From assembly GCA_021323995.1 (NCBI GenBank), contig JAJPJY010000091.1, positions 1 to 47,254 on the forward strand: a stretch of DNA of 47,254 nt, in the 5' to 3' direction. The translations under genes were made by a program, and so were the position numbers. The DNA is from a bacterium. Lineage in GTDB: Archaea > Thermoproteota > Bathyarchaeia > 40CM-2-53-6. Every line of letters begins with the position of its first letter. Position 1 is the first letter of the stretch. This document shows, piece after piece, positions 36,604 through 46,662 of this stretch. The notes under the pieces are model-generated. The model made no database searches and was not told the DNA's origin. It saw only the letters and a list, made by a program, of their open reading frames with translations.

Positions 36604-37665
36604 ATGAGCCTCTACAGACGAGTCGCCAGATCCAAGAAAGGCATGAGCACAGTCTTCGGAGGACTATTCTTCGTCATACTCATCCTCATGGGGTTCAACG
36701 TAATGCTCTGGGGCTTCGTACAATGGGACGCCTACAACCGGGTCATTGCCAACATGAGCCAACGCGACCAACAAGCAATCTCCGAAAACATAGTTCCTGT
36801 CAACGCCACGTGCAACGCCAGTTGCAAGGCAGGCTCTGGGACCCTTAGCATCTGGGTAAACAATCTAGGAGGTTCGTCCGTCACAATCAACACGGTGTAC
36901 CTGTTCAATGTAAATGGAACAGGAATATGTCAACCCGCTCCGTGCATCGCCAGTCCCGCTTCAGGGTCCGGGAATATTGCGGCTGGATCAGTCAACTACC
37001 CAATCCAGGTCAACAATATTGCGATTGGCAGTTACAGCTACCACATAATACTAGCCTCAAGTCGAGGAAGACTGTTTAGCCTGTTCTATCCATGGCGATT
37101 CAATAGTCTTACAATTAACCAGAACGGTGGTGGCAATTTCGTCACAAACATCGGCCCCTTAGCAATTTATTTCGACACCAAGTCCTTCAACTATACACAG
37201 GGCAGTCAGACAGTCTCTCAGTCAGCATTCTGCATGCCCGCTGGTACCTCAGTAATTCTCTATCTAAGAATTGCCAATACTGCAACTGATAGCAACGTTA
37301 CTCTGCTGACTCAGACAGGTATGCAGGCGCAAGCTTATGGTGTGAACGGTTTCGGACAGTTCTCCCACGCCTGGATCGAGGCCAGCAACACAATCAATCC
37401 CACTACCAACTTCCCGTATGTTTACCCCAGCGCGACCGATTATGTTCTTCAACCTGCGGGTGCTAATGGTCCCGGACCATCGAGTTTCGCGATCGTCAAG
37501 ATTGGAGCGACTAGCCCAGGCGCTTCAGGATCAGTATCTTTCGGCAACTCGGACGTGAGCTGGATAACTTTCATCGGGCTATACTACTATTACAAGGGGC
37601 AGGTTCAGGGTCAGACCATTCCGTTCATGGACTTCGTAACGAACGCCCCGAACTGTCTTCAATGA
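36604..37665 (+). CDS. Large pilin-like protein / putative adhesin
   Basis: KKG/MSTVFGGLFFVILIL signal; S/T/N/G-rich with many NxS/T sequons. Confidence 0.8.
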   Translation: MSLYRRVARSKKGMSTVFGGLFFVILILMGFNVMLWGFVQWDAYNRVIANMSQRDQQAISENIVPVNATCNASCKAGSGTLSIWVNNLGGSSVTINTVYLFNVNGTGICQPAPCIASPASGSGNIAAGSVNYPIQVNNIAIGSYSYHIILASSRGRLFSLFYPWRFNSLTINQNGGGNFVTNIGPLAIYFDTKSFNYTQGSQTVSQSAFCMPAGTSVILYLRIANTATDSNVTLLTQTGMQAQAYGVNGFGQFSHAWIEASNTINPTTNFPYVYPSATDYVLQPAGANGPGPSSFAIVKIGATSPGASGSVSFGNSDVSWITFIGLYYYYKGQVQGQTIPFMDFVTNAPNCLQ

Positions 37666-37684
37666 GTGTTGAGATGGATGCCTC

Positions 37685-38725
37685 TTGAGCTACGAGGATC
37701 AAAACCAGCCCTACAGTAATGACCCATACAACTATCAGGACTCTTCTCAATACGACACCTCCCAGCAACCGCAAGACCAAGGATATGGGCCTCAGGACAA
37801 TTATCAGGGCCAGGGTTACGACAATTCACAATACCAGGCGCCTCAGCCCTCTGAACAGAGGCCAAGTCAGAATCTTCAACAGCTCCAGAGAATACAGTCA
37901 GGCATTCCCGGTTTCGATCAGATCGTCGGAGGTGGGCTGATCCGTGACAGGGTCTATCTTCTCGCGGGACCTGCAGGAGCAGGTAAGACGATTTTCTCTT
38001 CCGAGTTCATCTGGAACGGACTGACAAAATTCAACGAAAACGGTGTCTATGTCGTTCTAGAAGAGACTCCGCAGCAGCTTCGCGAGAACCTGTTCAACAG
38101 TTTCAACTGGAATATTGCCAACTACGAAGATTCGGGAAACCTGATCATTCTGGACGCGATTTCAAGCCGCCTCGGTCTTGCCAGTCAAGAAAGATTCGTC
38201 GTTCCCAGGCCTTTCACTCTAGAAGCGCTCCTCTACGAGATACAAACGGCTATCCAGGCTTGCCAGGCTCGGCGTGTTGTGATCGACTCGCTCGACGCAA
38301 TGAGTCTCGAACTAACACAAGTTGATCTTCGGAGTCTCATACAGCGGCTGACTATGATTCTCAAATCTTTCGGCTGCACAACGCTACTGGTCAGCGGCCA
38401 AGCGGACAACACCAACCAAGGAAGAAAGGCCGTGGAAGAATACGTTGTTGATGGGATGATCCGGTTACACCACACTCTTGAGGAAAGTGTCAGTGGTGAG
38501 ACTACGTTGGAGCAGAATGCTTTGCAGGGCAACTCGCTTGAGGAAGACTCGTTTGCAATGAAAATGCGGTCTCGAAAAATCGAGATTCCGAAGATGAGAG
38601 GAACGTCTCACTCCCATTACCTTCACCCATTCACCATTGGAGAGCAAGGGATCGAAGTGAAGTCTGAGCCCGAAGTTACGAAGCGTTTGAGGAGAGCCAT
38701 ATTCAAGGCGAAACAAGTTGATTAG
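37685..38725 (+). CDS. KaiC/RAD55-family ATPase with Q/Y/D/N-rich N-terminal extension
   Basis: SGIPGFDQIVGGG, GPAGAGKT, VVIDS, EEYVVDG, KMRG. Confidence 0.9.
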   Translation: MSYEDQNQPYSNDPYNYQDSSQYDTSQQPQDQGYGPQDNYQGQGYDNSQYQAPQPSEQRPSQNLQQLQRIQSGIPGFDQIVGGGLIRDRVYLLAGPAGAGKTIFSSEFIWNGLTKFNENGVYVVLEETPQQLRENLFNSFNWNIANYEDSGNLIILDAISSRLGLASQERFVVPRPFTLEALLYEIQTAIQACQARRVVIDSLDAMSLELTQVDLRSLIQRLTMILKSFGCTTLLVSGQADNTNQGRKAVEEYVVDGMIRLHHTLEESVSGETTLEQNALQGNSLEEDSFAMKMRSRKIEIPKMRGTSHSHYLHPFTIGEQGIEVKSEPEVTKRLRRAIFKAKQVD

Positions 38726-39500
38726 TCGAAACAGAGCCAACAGGCAACTGCGAATCCGGACCGGCATGGGCGGCCTCGACGAAAAGCTAGGCGGAGGCAT
38801 TCCCTCCGGTAGTTCCGTACTCCTGATCAGCAACGAGGAAGGACCTGTCCGATTATTCTGTCAACAGATCGCGTTCTTGTTAGCCAACGAGGGCCATCGA
38901 ATTCTCTACTTCACGATCGTCCGAGAGCCCAGCTACATCCGCGAGGAGATGATGGTGTACGACTGGGATACCAGTGAAATGGAGCGGGGGAGACAGTGGA
39001 CCTTTATCGACGCGTACAGTCCAAGAGTGCAGGCGCTCCAACAGGGGGGTCCAACCCAGCAACCAATGGGCCTACTCGGACCTGGTATGATGAACGCAGG
39101 CTCAAGGGTTCTAGGCTCAGACCTCTTTGTGACGCTACGGAGAGACATACTGTCACAACTGGATGAGGGAGACATAGTGATAATCGACTCGCTTTCAGAT
39201 CTGCTCGTCACTCACGAGACCAGTTCCGTCCGAGAACTCTTGGAGATCCTAGGAAACCAAGTCCGGAACAGAAACGGTCTCGTCTTCATGCCGATACTTT
39301 CCGCTATGCATGATTCAAAAACGGTAGCGGAGATTTCCCACCTCTCAGACGTAGTCGTAGAATTCGAACTCGAATCAGAACACTTGGAGGGCAAACTGCG
39401 CTTCTACAAGATGCGCCGATCGCAGCTTCGCCCGTTACTCTTGCCCTTCTCCATCACGGACAGAGGGGTTATGGCCGAGACGTTTGGCAGAGTGATCTAA
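38718..39500 (+). CDS. KaiC/RAD55-family protein with degenerate Walker A
   Basis: TGMGGLDEKLGGGIP, IIDSL and KMRR present, but the P-loop reads SNEEGPVRLF. Confidence 0.85.
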   Translation: MISRNRANRQLRIRTGMGGLDEKLGGGIPSGSSVLLISNEEGPVRLFCQQIAFLLANEGHRILYFTIVREPSYIREEMMVYDWDTSEMERGRQWTFIDAYSPRVQALQQGGPTQQPMGLLGPGMMNAGSRVLGSDLFVTLRRDILSQLDEGDIVIIDSLSDLLVTHETSSVRELLEILGNQVRNRNGLVFMPILSAMHDSKTVAEISHLSDVVVEFELESEHLEGKLRFYKMRRSQLRPLLLPFSITDRGVMAETFGRVI

Positions 39501-39505
39501 TAATC

Positions 39506-41122
39506 ATGTCTAAGACTCAGAAACCTGGCGAGAAGAGCGACAAGATCGACAACATAGTCGGCATGCTGATGGAATACGAACGCATGACGATTGACCTAAT
39601 GAAGAAGGCGACCGACACCCCAATACTAGACCAGTATGATCTTAACGCGCCCTATGCTAAAGCCCGCATAGTCAAAGAAGAAGGACAGACAAAGTATCAG
39701 ATCGCCGAGGTACAACTCAGCGAGGATGAAAGAAAGAAGCTCAAAGAGATTGGAGAGCTTCTGATCGAAGAGCTCGACGTCGACATCAAGAAGCTAGGAA
39801 CTAACGAAAACGCCGCGGCCTATATTAGAAAACTCGTCGAGAAGATTATCAGGAATTACAAGATCAAAGTAACACCCGACGCCCTCGACCGGCTGATGTA
39901 CTATATCGTCCGGGATTTTGTTCACTTCGACAAGATAGACCCGATGATGAGGGACCCATGGATCGAAGACATATCGTGCAACGGATTCGGAATACCCATC
40001 TACATCTGGCACCGAAAATACGAGTCAATACCCACCAACGTAATCTTCCAGACAAGCGAAGAACTCGACAAGTTCATCCTCAAACTAAGCTACATGTCCG
40101 GACGAGCCATATCGATCGCACAACCCGTCCTTGACGCAACCCTACCTGACGGGAGCAGAGTCCAGATGACCTACGAGAAAGAGGTCACCAGACGCGGATC
40201 CACATTCACAATACGAAAGTTCAGAGAGAGACCTCTCACAGTCAGCGACCTAGTAATCTACAACACCCTCGGCGCAGAAATTGCCGCATGGTTCTGGTAC
40301 ATCATAGAAAAACAAGCATCAGTCATACTCGTCGGAGGAACCGCCTCCGGAAAGACAACCACCATCAACACCCTAGCCATGTTCATCAAACCCAACGCAA
40401 AGATCGTCTCGATCGAAGACACGTCCGAAATTCAACTGCCCCATGAGAACTGGTTGTCCTCAGTCGTTAGAGCAGGCTTCGGAGTCACCGGAGAAGTCTC
40501 CGAAATCACTCTCTTCGACTTGCTCAAGAACGCCATGAGACAGAGGCCAGAATACATCATAGTCGGAGAGGTCAGAGGTTCAGAAGCATACACACTGATG
40601 CAGGCAATAGCCACCGGTCACGGAGGCTTAGCAACGCTCCACGCAGACTCGGCAGAGGCAGCCATCCACCGACTCGAAAGCGAGCCCATGAACATACCCA
40701 GGCCCCTAATCCCGACGATCGATGTGATCGCTGTCCAGACCCGAGTCCAAGTCGGCGAAAAGAGCGTCCGACGCATGGTCGACGTAGCCGAGGTAGTCGG
40801 GCTCGATCCGACCACCAAAGACGTGCTGACCAATGATGTCTTCAAGTGGAACCCGAAGAGCGACACGTACGTCTTCTACGGACGAAGCTATGTCCTAGAG
40901 AACATAATGAAACGCAACGGCTACAAGCACGAAGAAGTGATGGAGGAACTCAACAACCGACGCATGGTAATCGAATGGATGGTCCGCAACAACGTCCGCG
41001 ACTTCAAAGATGTCGTAGAGGTCATCCGAGCCTACTACCTGAACCCACAGCAGCTACTCGACCGGGTCAAGCGGGAAAAGATGGTAGAACCGACTAGTCA
41101 AGGAGCCCCTCCCAAACAATGA
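39506..41122 (+). CDS. Type IV pilus assembly ATPase (PilB/FlaI/TadA family)
   Basis: IEDISCNG, GSTFTIRKF, GGTASGKTT, SIEDTSE, RQRPEYIIVGEVRG, TGHGG...TLHA. Confidence 0.96.
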   Translation: MSKTQKPGEKSDKIDNIVGMLMEYERMTIDLMKKATDTPILDQYDLNAPYAKARIVKEEGQTKYQIAEVQLSEDERKKLKEIGELLIEELDVDIKKLGTNENAAAYIRKLVEKIIRNYKIKVTPDALDRLMYYIVRDFVHFDKIDPMMRDPWIEDISCNGFGIPIYIWHRKYESIPTNVIFQTSEELDKFILKLSYMSGRAISIAQPVLDATLPDGSRVQMTYEKEVTRRGSTFTIRKFRERPLTVSDLVIYNTLGAEIAAWFWYIIEKQASVILVGGTASGKTTTINTLAMFIKPNAKIVSIEDTSEIQLPHENWLSSVVRAGFGVTGEVSEITLFDLLKNAMRQRPEYIIVGEVRGSEAYTLMQAIATGHGGLATLHADSAEAAIHRLESEPMNIPRPLIPTIDVIAVQTRVQVGEKSVRRMVDVAEVVGLDPTTKDVLTNDVFKWNPKSDTYVFYGRSYVLENIMKRNGYKHEEVMEELNNRRMVIEWMVRNNVRDFKDVVEVIRAYYLNPQQLLDRVKREKMVEPTSQGAPPKQ

Positions 41123-42645
41123 GCCTCCTCGACCCGATAGTTCCATTCCTGGGCCCTCTTGGCCCCGCCCTGGCTGTAAGCGACACCGTTGTCATAGGTC
41201 TGGCAATATTCGGTCTAGCCTGTCTCGCACTGTACAAAGTGAAAGCCGACATTTTCGAGACCAGCAAGAGCTGGGTCGGAGCGACCGTCGTCCTATCATT
41301 CGTCACCATTCTCTTCCGCGGAATGTCATACATCTGCAACTGTGCCTGGTATTTCGACACCAACGGAAACCCCACGGCCCTCGTCCCAGTAACCTATTTG
41401 CTGATTACCGGATCCTTCTTCGCAATCATCTACAACTTCAACATACCCACGCTGAAGAAACACAAGTGGCTCATCAGCATTCCATTGTCTGTAGGACTCT
41501 CAATCGCGTCAAGCCTGTTTCTGCCTCTATCTGAAAACTTCAACGCGACTCTCACACCAGTTGTGCCGACGCCACTAATCTTCATCGAAATTATCGCTCT
41601 CGCTCCTCTTGGAGCTATCTATAGCAACTTCGTCTATGAAAGAGCAGTGCTGCACATGGGCGACTACAGAGCCAGACTCCAACGATTCCTCGCCCAAGGA
41701 GAAAAGAACAAGAAGGCTGGAGCAGAGCTTCCCCCGGAGAAGGAGGGCTTCAGCTACTTCACATACGCTCTACTTGGACGCAAACTAGGCAAAGTCTACC
41801 AGATGTTCAACGGGCTAAAACAGGTCTTGAGCCTAGCGGGAATGAAGATCGGCTACAAGGCATACGTAAGCTCAATCGTTTTCGCGGCACTGGTAGGAGG
41901 CGGAATCAGTTTCCCCGTCTGGTTCCTGCTGTTCTCGCTAGGATTAGGAAGCGCACTGGGACTAAGCGGATTCAGCATATTCGCAATACTGGGAACTCTT
42001 GTCTTCTCAATCATAATGGCAGTTGTCACGGGCCTCGCGATTCTGGGCTTCGGATACATGATGCCCCTGATGAAAGTCGGATCGCGAAGACAGCACCTAG
42101 ACACTTTCCTGCCATTCACTTCCAGCTACATGACTGTCCTAGCTTCAGCCGGAGTGACACCGGAGAGGATCCTAAGATCTACCGCAGAGAAGGATCCAAA
42201 GTTCATGCTCTCAGACGAGATCGCGAACGTAGTCGGACGAATAGACTTACTAGGATACGATGTGCTTAACGCGCTGAACGCAGAAGTCGACAGATCACCC
42301 TCAACAAACTATCAGGATCTCCTACGAGGATTCGCCGGAGTAATCCGAACCGGAGGTGACATGAAGAAGTTCTTCCAAGGCATCACTGACCACCTATTCC
42401 AGAAGAGATCTCTCCAAGTCCAAGCGTTTCTCGACTCGCTCGGAATCATTGCAGAGACATACGTGCTGATGCTCATCGCGTTCCCCTTGATGCTTGTAGT
42501 CATGCTCAGCATCATGGCATCCATCGGCGGAAGCCTCGGAGGAGTTGACGTGTTCTCGTTCATGTATCTCATGGCCTTCATACTCATACCCATCTGCGGA
42601 CTAATGTTCCTCTTCATACTCGACTCGATGCAGCCGAAAGGTTAG
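41119..42645 (+). CDS. Type II secretion F-domain (TadC/PilC-like) membrane protein with extra N-terminal TM region
   Basis: LPFTSSYMTVLASAG, LGYDVLNAL, IRTGGD; about five additional N-terminal TM helices. Confidence 0.88.
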   Translation: MSLLDPIVPFLGPLGPALAVSDTVVIGLAIFGLACLALYKVKADIFETSKSWVGATVVLSFVTILFRGMSYICNCAWYFDTNGNPTALVPVTYLLITGSFFAIIYNFNIPTLKKHKWLISIPLSVGLSIASSLFLPLSENFNATLTPVVPTPLIFIEIIALAPLGAIYSNFVYERAVLHMGDYRARLQRFLAQGEKNKKAGAELPPEKEGFSYFTYALLGRKLGKVYQMFNGLKQVLSLAGMKIGYKAYVSSIVFAALVGGGISFPVWFLLFSLGLGSALGLSGFSIFAILGTLVFSIIMAVVTGLAILGFGYMMPLMKVGSRRQHLDTFLPFTSSYMTVLASAGVTPERILRSTAEKDPKFMLSDEIANVVGRIDLLGYDVLNALNAEVDRSPSTNYQDLLRGFAGVIRTGGDMKKFFQGITDHLFQKRSLQVQAFLDSLGIIAETYVLMLIAFPLMLVVMLSIMASIGGSLGGVDVFSFMYLMAFILIPICGLMFLFILDSMQPKG

Positions 42646-42656
42646 GAGAACCAAAA

Positions 42657-43658
42657 ATGTCGAATCCAGACCCGAACCAGTCAAGCGCAGGCGGTCCTGT
42701 CCCTACTTCCTCTCCAGGAGTGGACACTAGGCAAGGAAGAGGAAGTAAGGAAAAACTCGGAGGAGGAATGCACAACCTTGTCGCAAAGCTAACCCGGAAA
42801 ATGGTCTGGGTCTTCGCAGGAGTCATCTTCGCCGGAATCTTCTTCTGGGGCATCCTAGAAATAGCCACCCAAGGTCCTGCCCCGACCGTTGTCATCGCCG
42901 GAGCAACGGGACACTTCAGTATCGACCGGTTCCTACTTCTCGCTGGAATCGTCGGCCTAGTCCCGCCTGCCATCATGTACTACTTCGACTCCAAACGCCG
43001 AGACGCCATTGACAACAATATCCCCCACCTGATCCGTGACATTGCGGACGCAGGACGCAGTGGAATGACTCTAACACGAGCTATCGAGATATCGGCGGAA
43101 CGGGATTATGGACCGCTAACCACCGAGATCAAGAAGCTAATGGCAAAAATCAGTTTCCGTGTCCCGCTCGAAAGAGCACTCCAGTTCTTCGCAGACAGAA
43201 CCGGGACTATGCTATCCCGCAGAACCGCGATGCTTGTAGCAGAGGCAAACAAGTCCGGAGGAGACATACAGGAGAGTATGGAGTCGGTAGCAAAACACGT
43301 CCAGGAGATTCAATACCTGGAAAGAAAGCGACGAGCCACCCTAAGACCATTCATCGGGGTCATGTACATCAGCTTCGCGGTTTTCCTCGTAACAGTCTAC
43401 CTGCTCATCTCGAGCTTCTTCAAACAGCTAGCTAACACCAACTTCGGCGGAGGAGGCTCGATAGGCGGCGTTGGATTCAGTTTCGTCAGCCTACCGCTTC
43501 CCAAGATCACCGCAGTCTTCCTCTACATGGCAATGATTGAGGCAATGTTCGCAGGGCTAGTCGGCGGAAAGATGGCTACCGGCTACATCAGAGACGGTCT
43601 CAAACACGCTATATTGCTGATGATGATCTGCTTCATCACCTTTGTATTCTTCGTCTAA
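42657..43658 (+). CDS. Type II secretion F-domain (TadB/TadC-like) membrane protein
   Basis: IPHLIRDIADAGRSGMTL, DYGPLT, SGGD, GLVGGKM...GLKH. Confidence 0.9.
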   Translation: MSNPDPNQSSAGGPVPTSSPGVDTRQGRGSKEKLGGGMHNLVAKLTRKMVWVFAGVIFAGIFFWGILEIATQGPAPTVVIAGATGHFSIDRFLLLAGIVGLVPPAIMYYFDSKRRDAIDNNIPHLIRDIADAGRSGMTLTRAIEISAERDYGPLTTEIKKLMAKISFRVPLERALQFFADRTGTMLSRRTAMLVAEANKSGGDIQESMESVAKHVQEIQYLERKRRATLRPFIGVMYISFAVFLVTVYLLISSFFKQLANTNFGGGGSIGGVGFSFVSLPLPKITAVFLYMAMIEAMFAGLVGGKMATGYIRDGLKHAILLMMICFITFVFFV

Positions 43659-44556
43659 GTCCACACACCGCTTCGCGAGACGATTACTAGAGGCGTTTCC
43701 GCTCAGTCAGGTGACACAACAGACAATGTCCATTGCAAACATGCCCGCGAGACTATGGCATGAACTGGTCAACACAAAGTGGTCAAAGAAAACCGTCTCT
43801 TGGGCTATAGCCTACATCTACACTCTCTACGTCGCCCTCAGCGCTATTCCCCCCCTCAAGGGTAACGTTGCTTTCTCAGTTACTGCCGCGTCTGGACTGC
43901 TTGTGGTACTCTACGTTTTCCACTCGTTCACTAACCTCAATCTGAAGACCGCTGGCATGTTCCTCATCATCGCGGCCGTCATCTCATATCTATGGGAATT
44001 CGTCGGGGTCGAAACGGGCATTCCTTTCGGTAGCTATTATTACACCAGTGCGCTCGGACCCCAGATTGGTCCAGTGCCCATCGCCATCCCTCTGATCTGG
44101 TGTGCTCTCGGATACTTCTGTCTGCAAGCCTCAGATCACTACATAATGGCCAGTGCATTGATGGTGTCTCTCGATCTGTCCTTTGATCCAGTATTCTCCG
44201 GTTCGCTTCACCTCTGGAACTGGACTGGTCCAACCCAGTATTTCGGGGTCCCGTGGACCAACTTCCTCGGTTGGTTCATCGCTTCATTGACTTTCTTCGG
44301 CGTCTTCTACTACACTACCAAGACACAGTTGAAGTTGTCAAAGCACGCCATCGTATTCTACTATCTCTTCGGACTTGACAATGTCATCGGTGACTTGGTC
44401 TCGGGTTCAGCTGCACTAGCAGCAGCGTCTTTCGTTATCTTTACTGTAGCAACCGGGATCATAATTCTACTTCACCGAAGTAAAGTTTCAAAGACTAGAG
44501 TGCCGCAGGCAGTGCAGGTAGCCGGTTCTACTCGGCAGCCTGTAGCCTCCCAGTAG
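43642..44556 (+). CDS. CruF/DUF422-like carotenoid biosynthesis membrane protein (start uncertain)
   Basis: EFVGVETGIPFGSYYY, GPVPIAIPLIW, DLSFDP, FGVPWTNFLGW. Confidence 0.8.
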   Translation: MYSSSKSTHRFARRLLEAFPLSQVTQQTMSIANMPARLWHELVNTKWSKKTVSWAIAYIYTLYVALSAIPPLKGNVAFSVTAASGLLVVLYVFHSFTNLNLKTAGMFLIIAAVISYLWEFVGVETGIPFGSYYYTSALGPQIGPVPIAIPLIWCALGYFCLQASDHYIMASALMVSLDLSFDPVFSGSLHLWNWTGPTQYFGVPWTNFLGWFIASLTFFGVFYYTTKTQLKLSKHAIVFYYLFGLDNVIGDLVSGSAALAAASFVIFTVATGIIILLHRSKVSKTRVPQAVQVAGSTRQPVASQ

Positions 44557-44646
44557 AAGCTACGGCACTTAGACGTCTCAGATATTTCCCGACAATAACA
44601 AAGAAAATGTAGAGAACGCTTCCGTTTGGAAGCGTCTCGCTTTTGG

Positions 44647-45474
44647 CTAGTCGACGAAGATTGTTTCTTTCGGAAAGACTTCGATGCCGTTGCCTGAGAT
44701 CTTGTATGGGCGTGGTTGCATGTCGATTGGCGTCTCTCGCATCTTCTCCACCTGTAAGACTCGGTTGTATGTCTTGCCGACTTTGGCGTTGGACAGTATG
44801 ACCACTCCGTGGGCTAGGTATTCTTCTAGCTGAATAGCGCGTTCGACCGTGGGACCCATCGCTCTGAGCTCTGTAGTCATGAGGCATGTCGCGCCTGTCT
44901 TCACGAGAGCGTCGACCAGGTCAAGTATGGCGGTTCTGCGTTCGACCATCTCGGGATACTGGAAGATCAGTGATGTGACGGGATCAACGACGACCCGTTT
45001 GGCATTGATTAGCTCGGTGTGGGTCTTTATTCCCTCGATCAGGCTTAGAATCGAAAAGTCTTTTCGTCCAATAGCTTGTCGTCCGATCTTGACTTCACCA
45101 GGCATGTGACGGAGCGGGGAGGCGTTGATGAACGCGAATTTTTTGCCCTTCTCGAGCTCTTCGAACTTCCATCCGAAGAGTGCCATTTCTCTATAGTAGT
45201 GGGACTTTGACTCGTCGAGGCTGACGAATGCTCCGTTCTCTCCGTATGTCTTGATCCCGTTCATTAAGAACTGGGATGTTAGAATAGTCTTGCCGGTTCC
45301 GGGTCCTCCAACGAGGAGTATGACTCTTCCTCGTGGAAATCCGCCGCTTAGAATCTCATCTAGTCCTGGTATCCCTGTGGGTGTTCTGTCAACCATTGGC
45401 ATTTTGCTCTTTACGCCCTGACTCTGAACTTCGTATCTTTCGGCCATGGTATAAATCGCTTCGGATTTCTCCAC
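44647..45474 (-). CDS. KaiC/RAD55-family ATPase
   Basis: TGIPGLDEILSGGFP, GGPGTGKT, VVVDP, EEYLAHG, KMRET. Confidence 0.92.
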   Translation of the reverse strand: MEKSEAIYTMAERYEVQSQGVKSKMPMVDRTPTGIPGLDEILSGGFPRGRVILLVGGPGTGKTILTSQFLMNGIKTYGENGAFVSLDESKSHYYREMALFGWKFEELEKGKKFAFINASPLRHMPGEVKIGRQAIGRKDFSILSLIEGIKTHTELINAKRVVVDPVTSLIFQYPEMVERRTAILDLVDALVKTGATCLMTTELRAMGPTVERAIQLEEYLAHGVVILSNAKVGKTYNRVLQVEKMRETPIDMQPRPYKISGNGIEVFPKETIFVD

Positions 45475-45612
45475 TTCGAATGTTGTTTTGAACCCTATTG
45501 TTACCCCTGCACTACCACCATGGTAACGCCCTGTTTAGCAGAATTGGAATGTTGGGATTAGCGTCGGACTTCCAGGCCGCCCTCTCTGTGTGAGACCGAG
45601 TAACACTCGACG

Positions 45613-46662
45613 GTGGAACATGTGGCGCATCGAAAGAAGCACCAGTACGACCCCATGGTGCCACAACCGCTGCCTACGTTTGGGACGGTCCCGATTCTTC
45701 CTCACACGTTTCAGATAGTTCTTCGACTCTCGCGTCCTCGAACCTGGACTTTCGCCGCGTCCAGTTTTATCCTCGGTTACACACTTGCAGGGGGCTCATC
45801 GCTCTTCCAGATGGCGCTTGGTCTTGCAGTCGCGGGTCTCGTCACCGCAGCTACAAACGTTGTGAATGCCTTTGCAGACAGGAAAGAAGATGCTGTCAAC
45901 CAGCCTAGCAGGGTTCTCTGGGTCGACCAAATAGGAAGACATGGAACCATCGTCAGTGTATTCATCCTCTACGCCTTAGCCTTCGCCGCTTCTCTACTTC
46001 TCGGCCCGCTCTTCATGATCGTCCTCGCGGTAGGAATATTCAACTCCGTGTTCTACTCCATGCGGCCCTTCAGATTCAAATCAAGACCACTACTCAGCTT
46101 GATTTCCTTCTCGGGAGCTGTAGGTCTCGCATTTCTCAGCGGCGTCAGTATTGTTGGCTCGCTAAGCCTCCTCAATCCGGTCTTCTTGTTAGTCACCTAT
46201 TTCATGCTCACATATGGAACGGTGAAGAACCTTCCTGACTATTTCGGGGACAAGAAGGCCGGCACCAGGACAACGGCGACCGTTTTTCGAAATATTATCG
46301 GCGCGGTTAGATTCAGCACTATTCTCCTCTTCACGCCATATCTTCTTCTGGTCGGCCTAGTGGCAAATGGCCTTCTGGCCCCAATCTATCTCGCCGACCT
46401 CGGAATGGCAGTAATCCTAACGATTATCGTTGCAAGGATGCTCAAGTCGAAGTCATCTCAAGAGTTGGAGAAGACCCATACTATCGGATTTTTCTACGCT
46501 ATCTCATTCCTCCTCTTTACACTCGTCTTAACATCGCCAACGTTGGCCTCAATCGTAGTAATTCTCTCGGCGTATCTCTGGACGCTTCTCGTTTCGAGGG
46601 TCAGCTTGGATTCTAGAGTCGAGAAGCGTGATTGGGAGAAGCCTCGGAGGAAGAGCAGTTGA
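45613..46662 (+). CDS. UbiA-family prenyltransferase
   Basis: SRPRTW, NAFADRKEDAVN, YSMRPFRFK, KNLPDYFGDKKAG. Confidence 0.9.
   Translation: MEHVAHRKKHQYDPMVPQPLPTFGTVPILPHTFQIVLRLSRPRTWTFAASSFILGYTLAGGSSLFQMALGLAVAGLVTAATNVVNAFADRKEDAVNQPSRVLWVDQIGRHGTIVSVFILYALAFAASLLLGPLFMIVLAVGIFNSVFYSMRPFRFKSRPLLSLISFSGAVGLAFLSGVSIVGSLSLLNPVFLLVTYFMLTYGTVKNLPDYFGDKKAGTRTTATVFRNIIGAVRFSTILLFTPYLLLVGLVANGLLAPIYLADLGMAVILTIIVARMLKSKSSQELEKTHTIGFFYAISFLLFTLVLTSPTLASIVVILSAYLWTLLVSRVSLDSRVEKRDWEKPRRKSS

Noticed and set aside
34895..43658. Archaellum operon
   Set aside because: No recognisable archaellin, FlaF/FlaG or chemotaxis genes; two separate TadC-like genes and pilin-type subunits indicate a pilus
37685..45474. 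Circadian KaiABC clock
   Set aside because: Single-domain KaiC-like proteins with no KaiA or KaiB in the window
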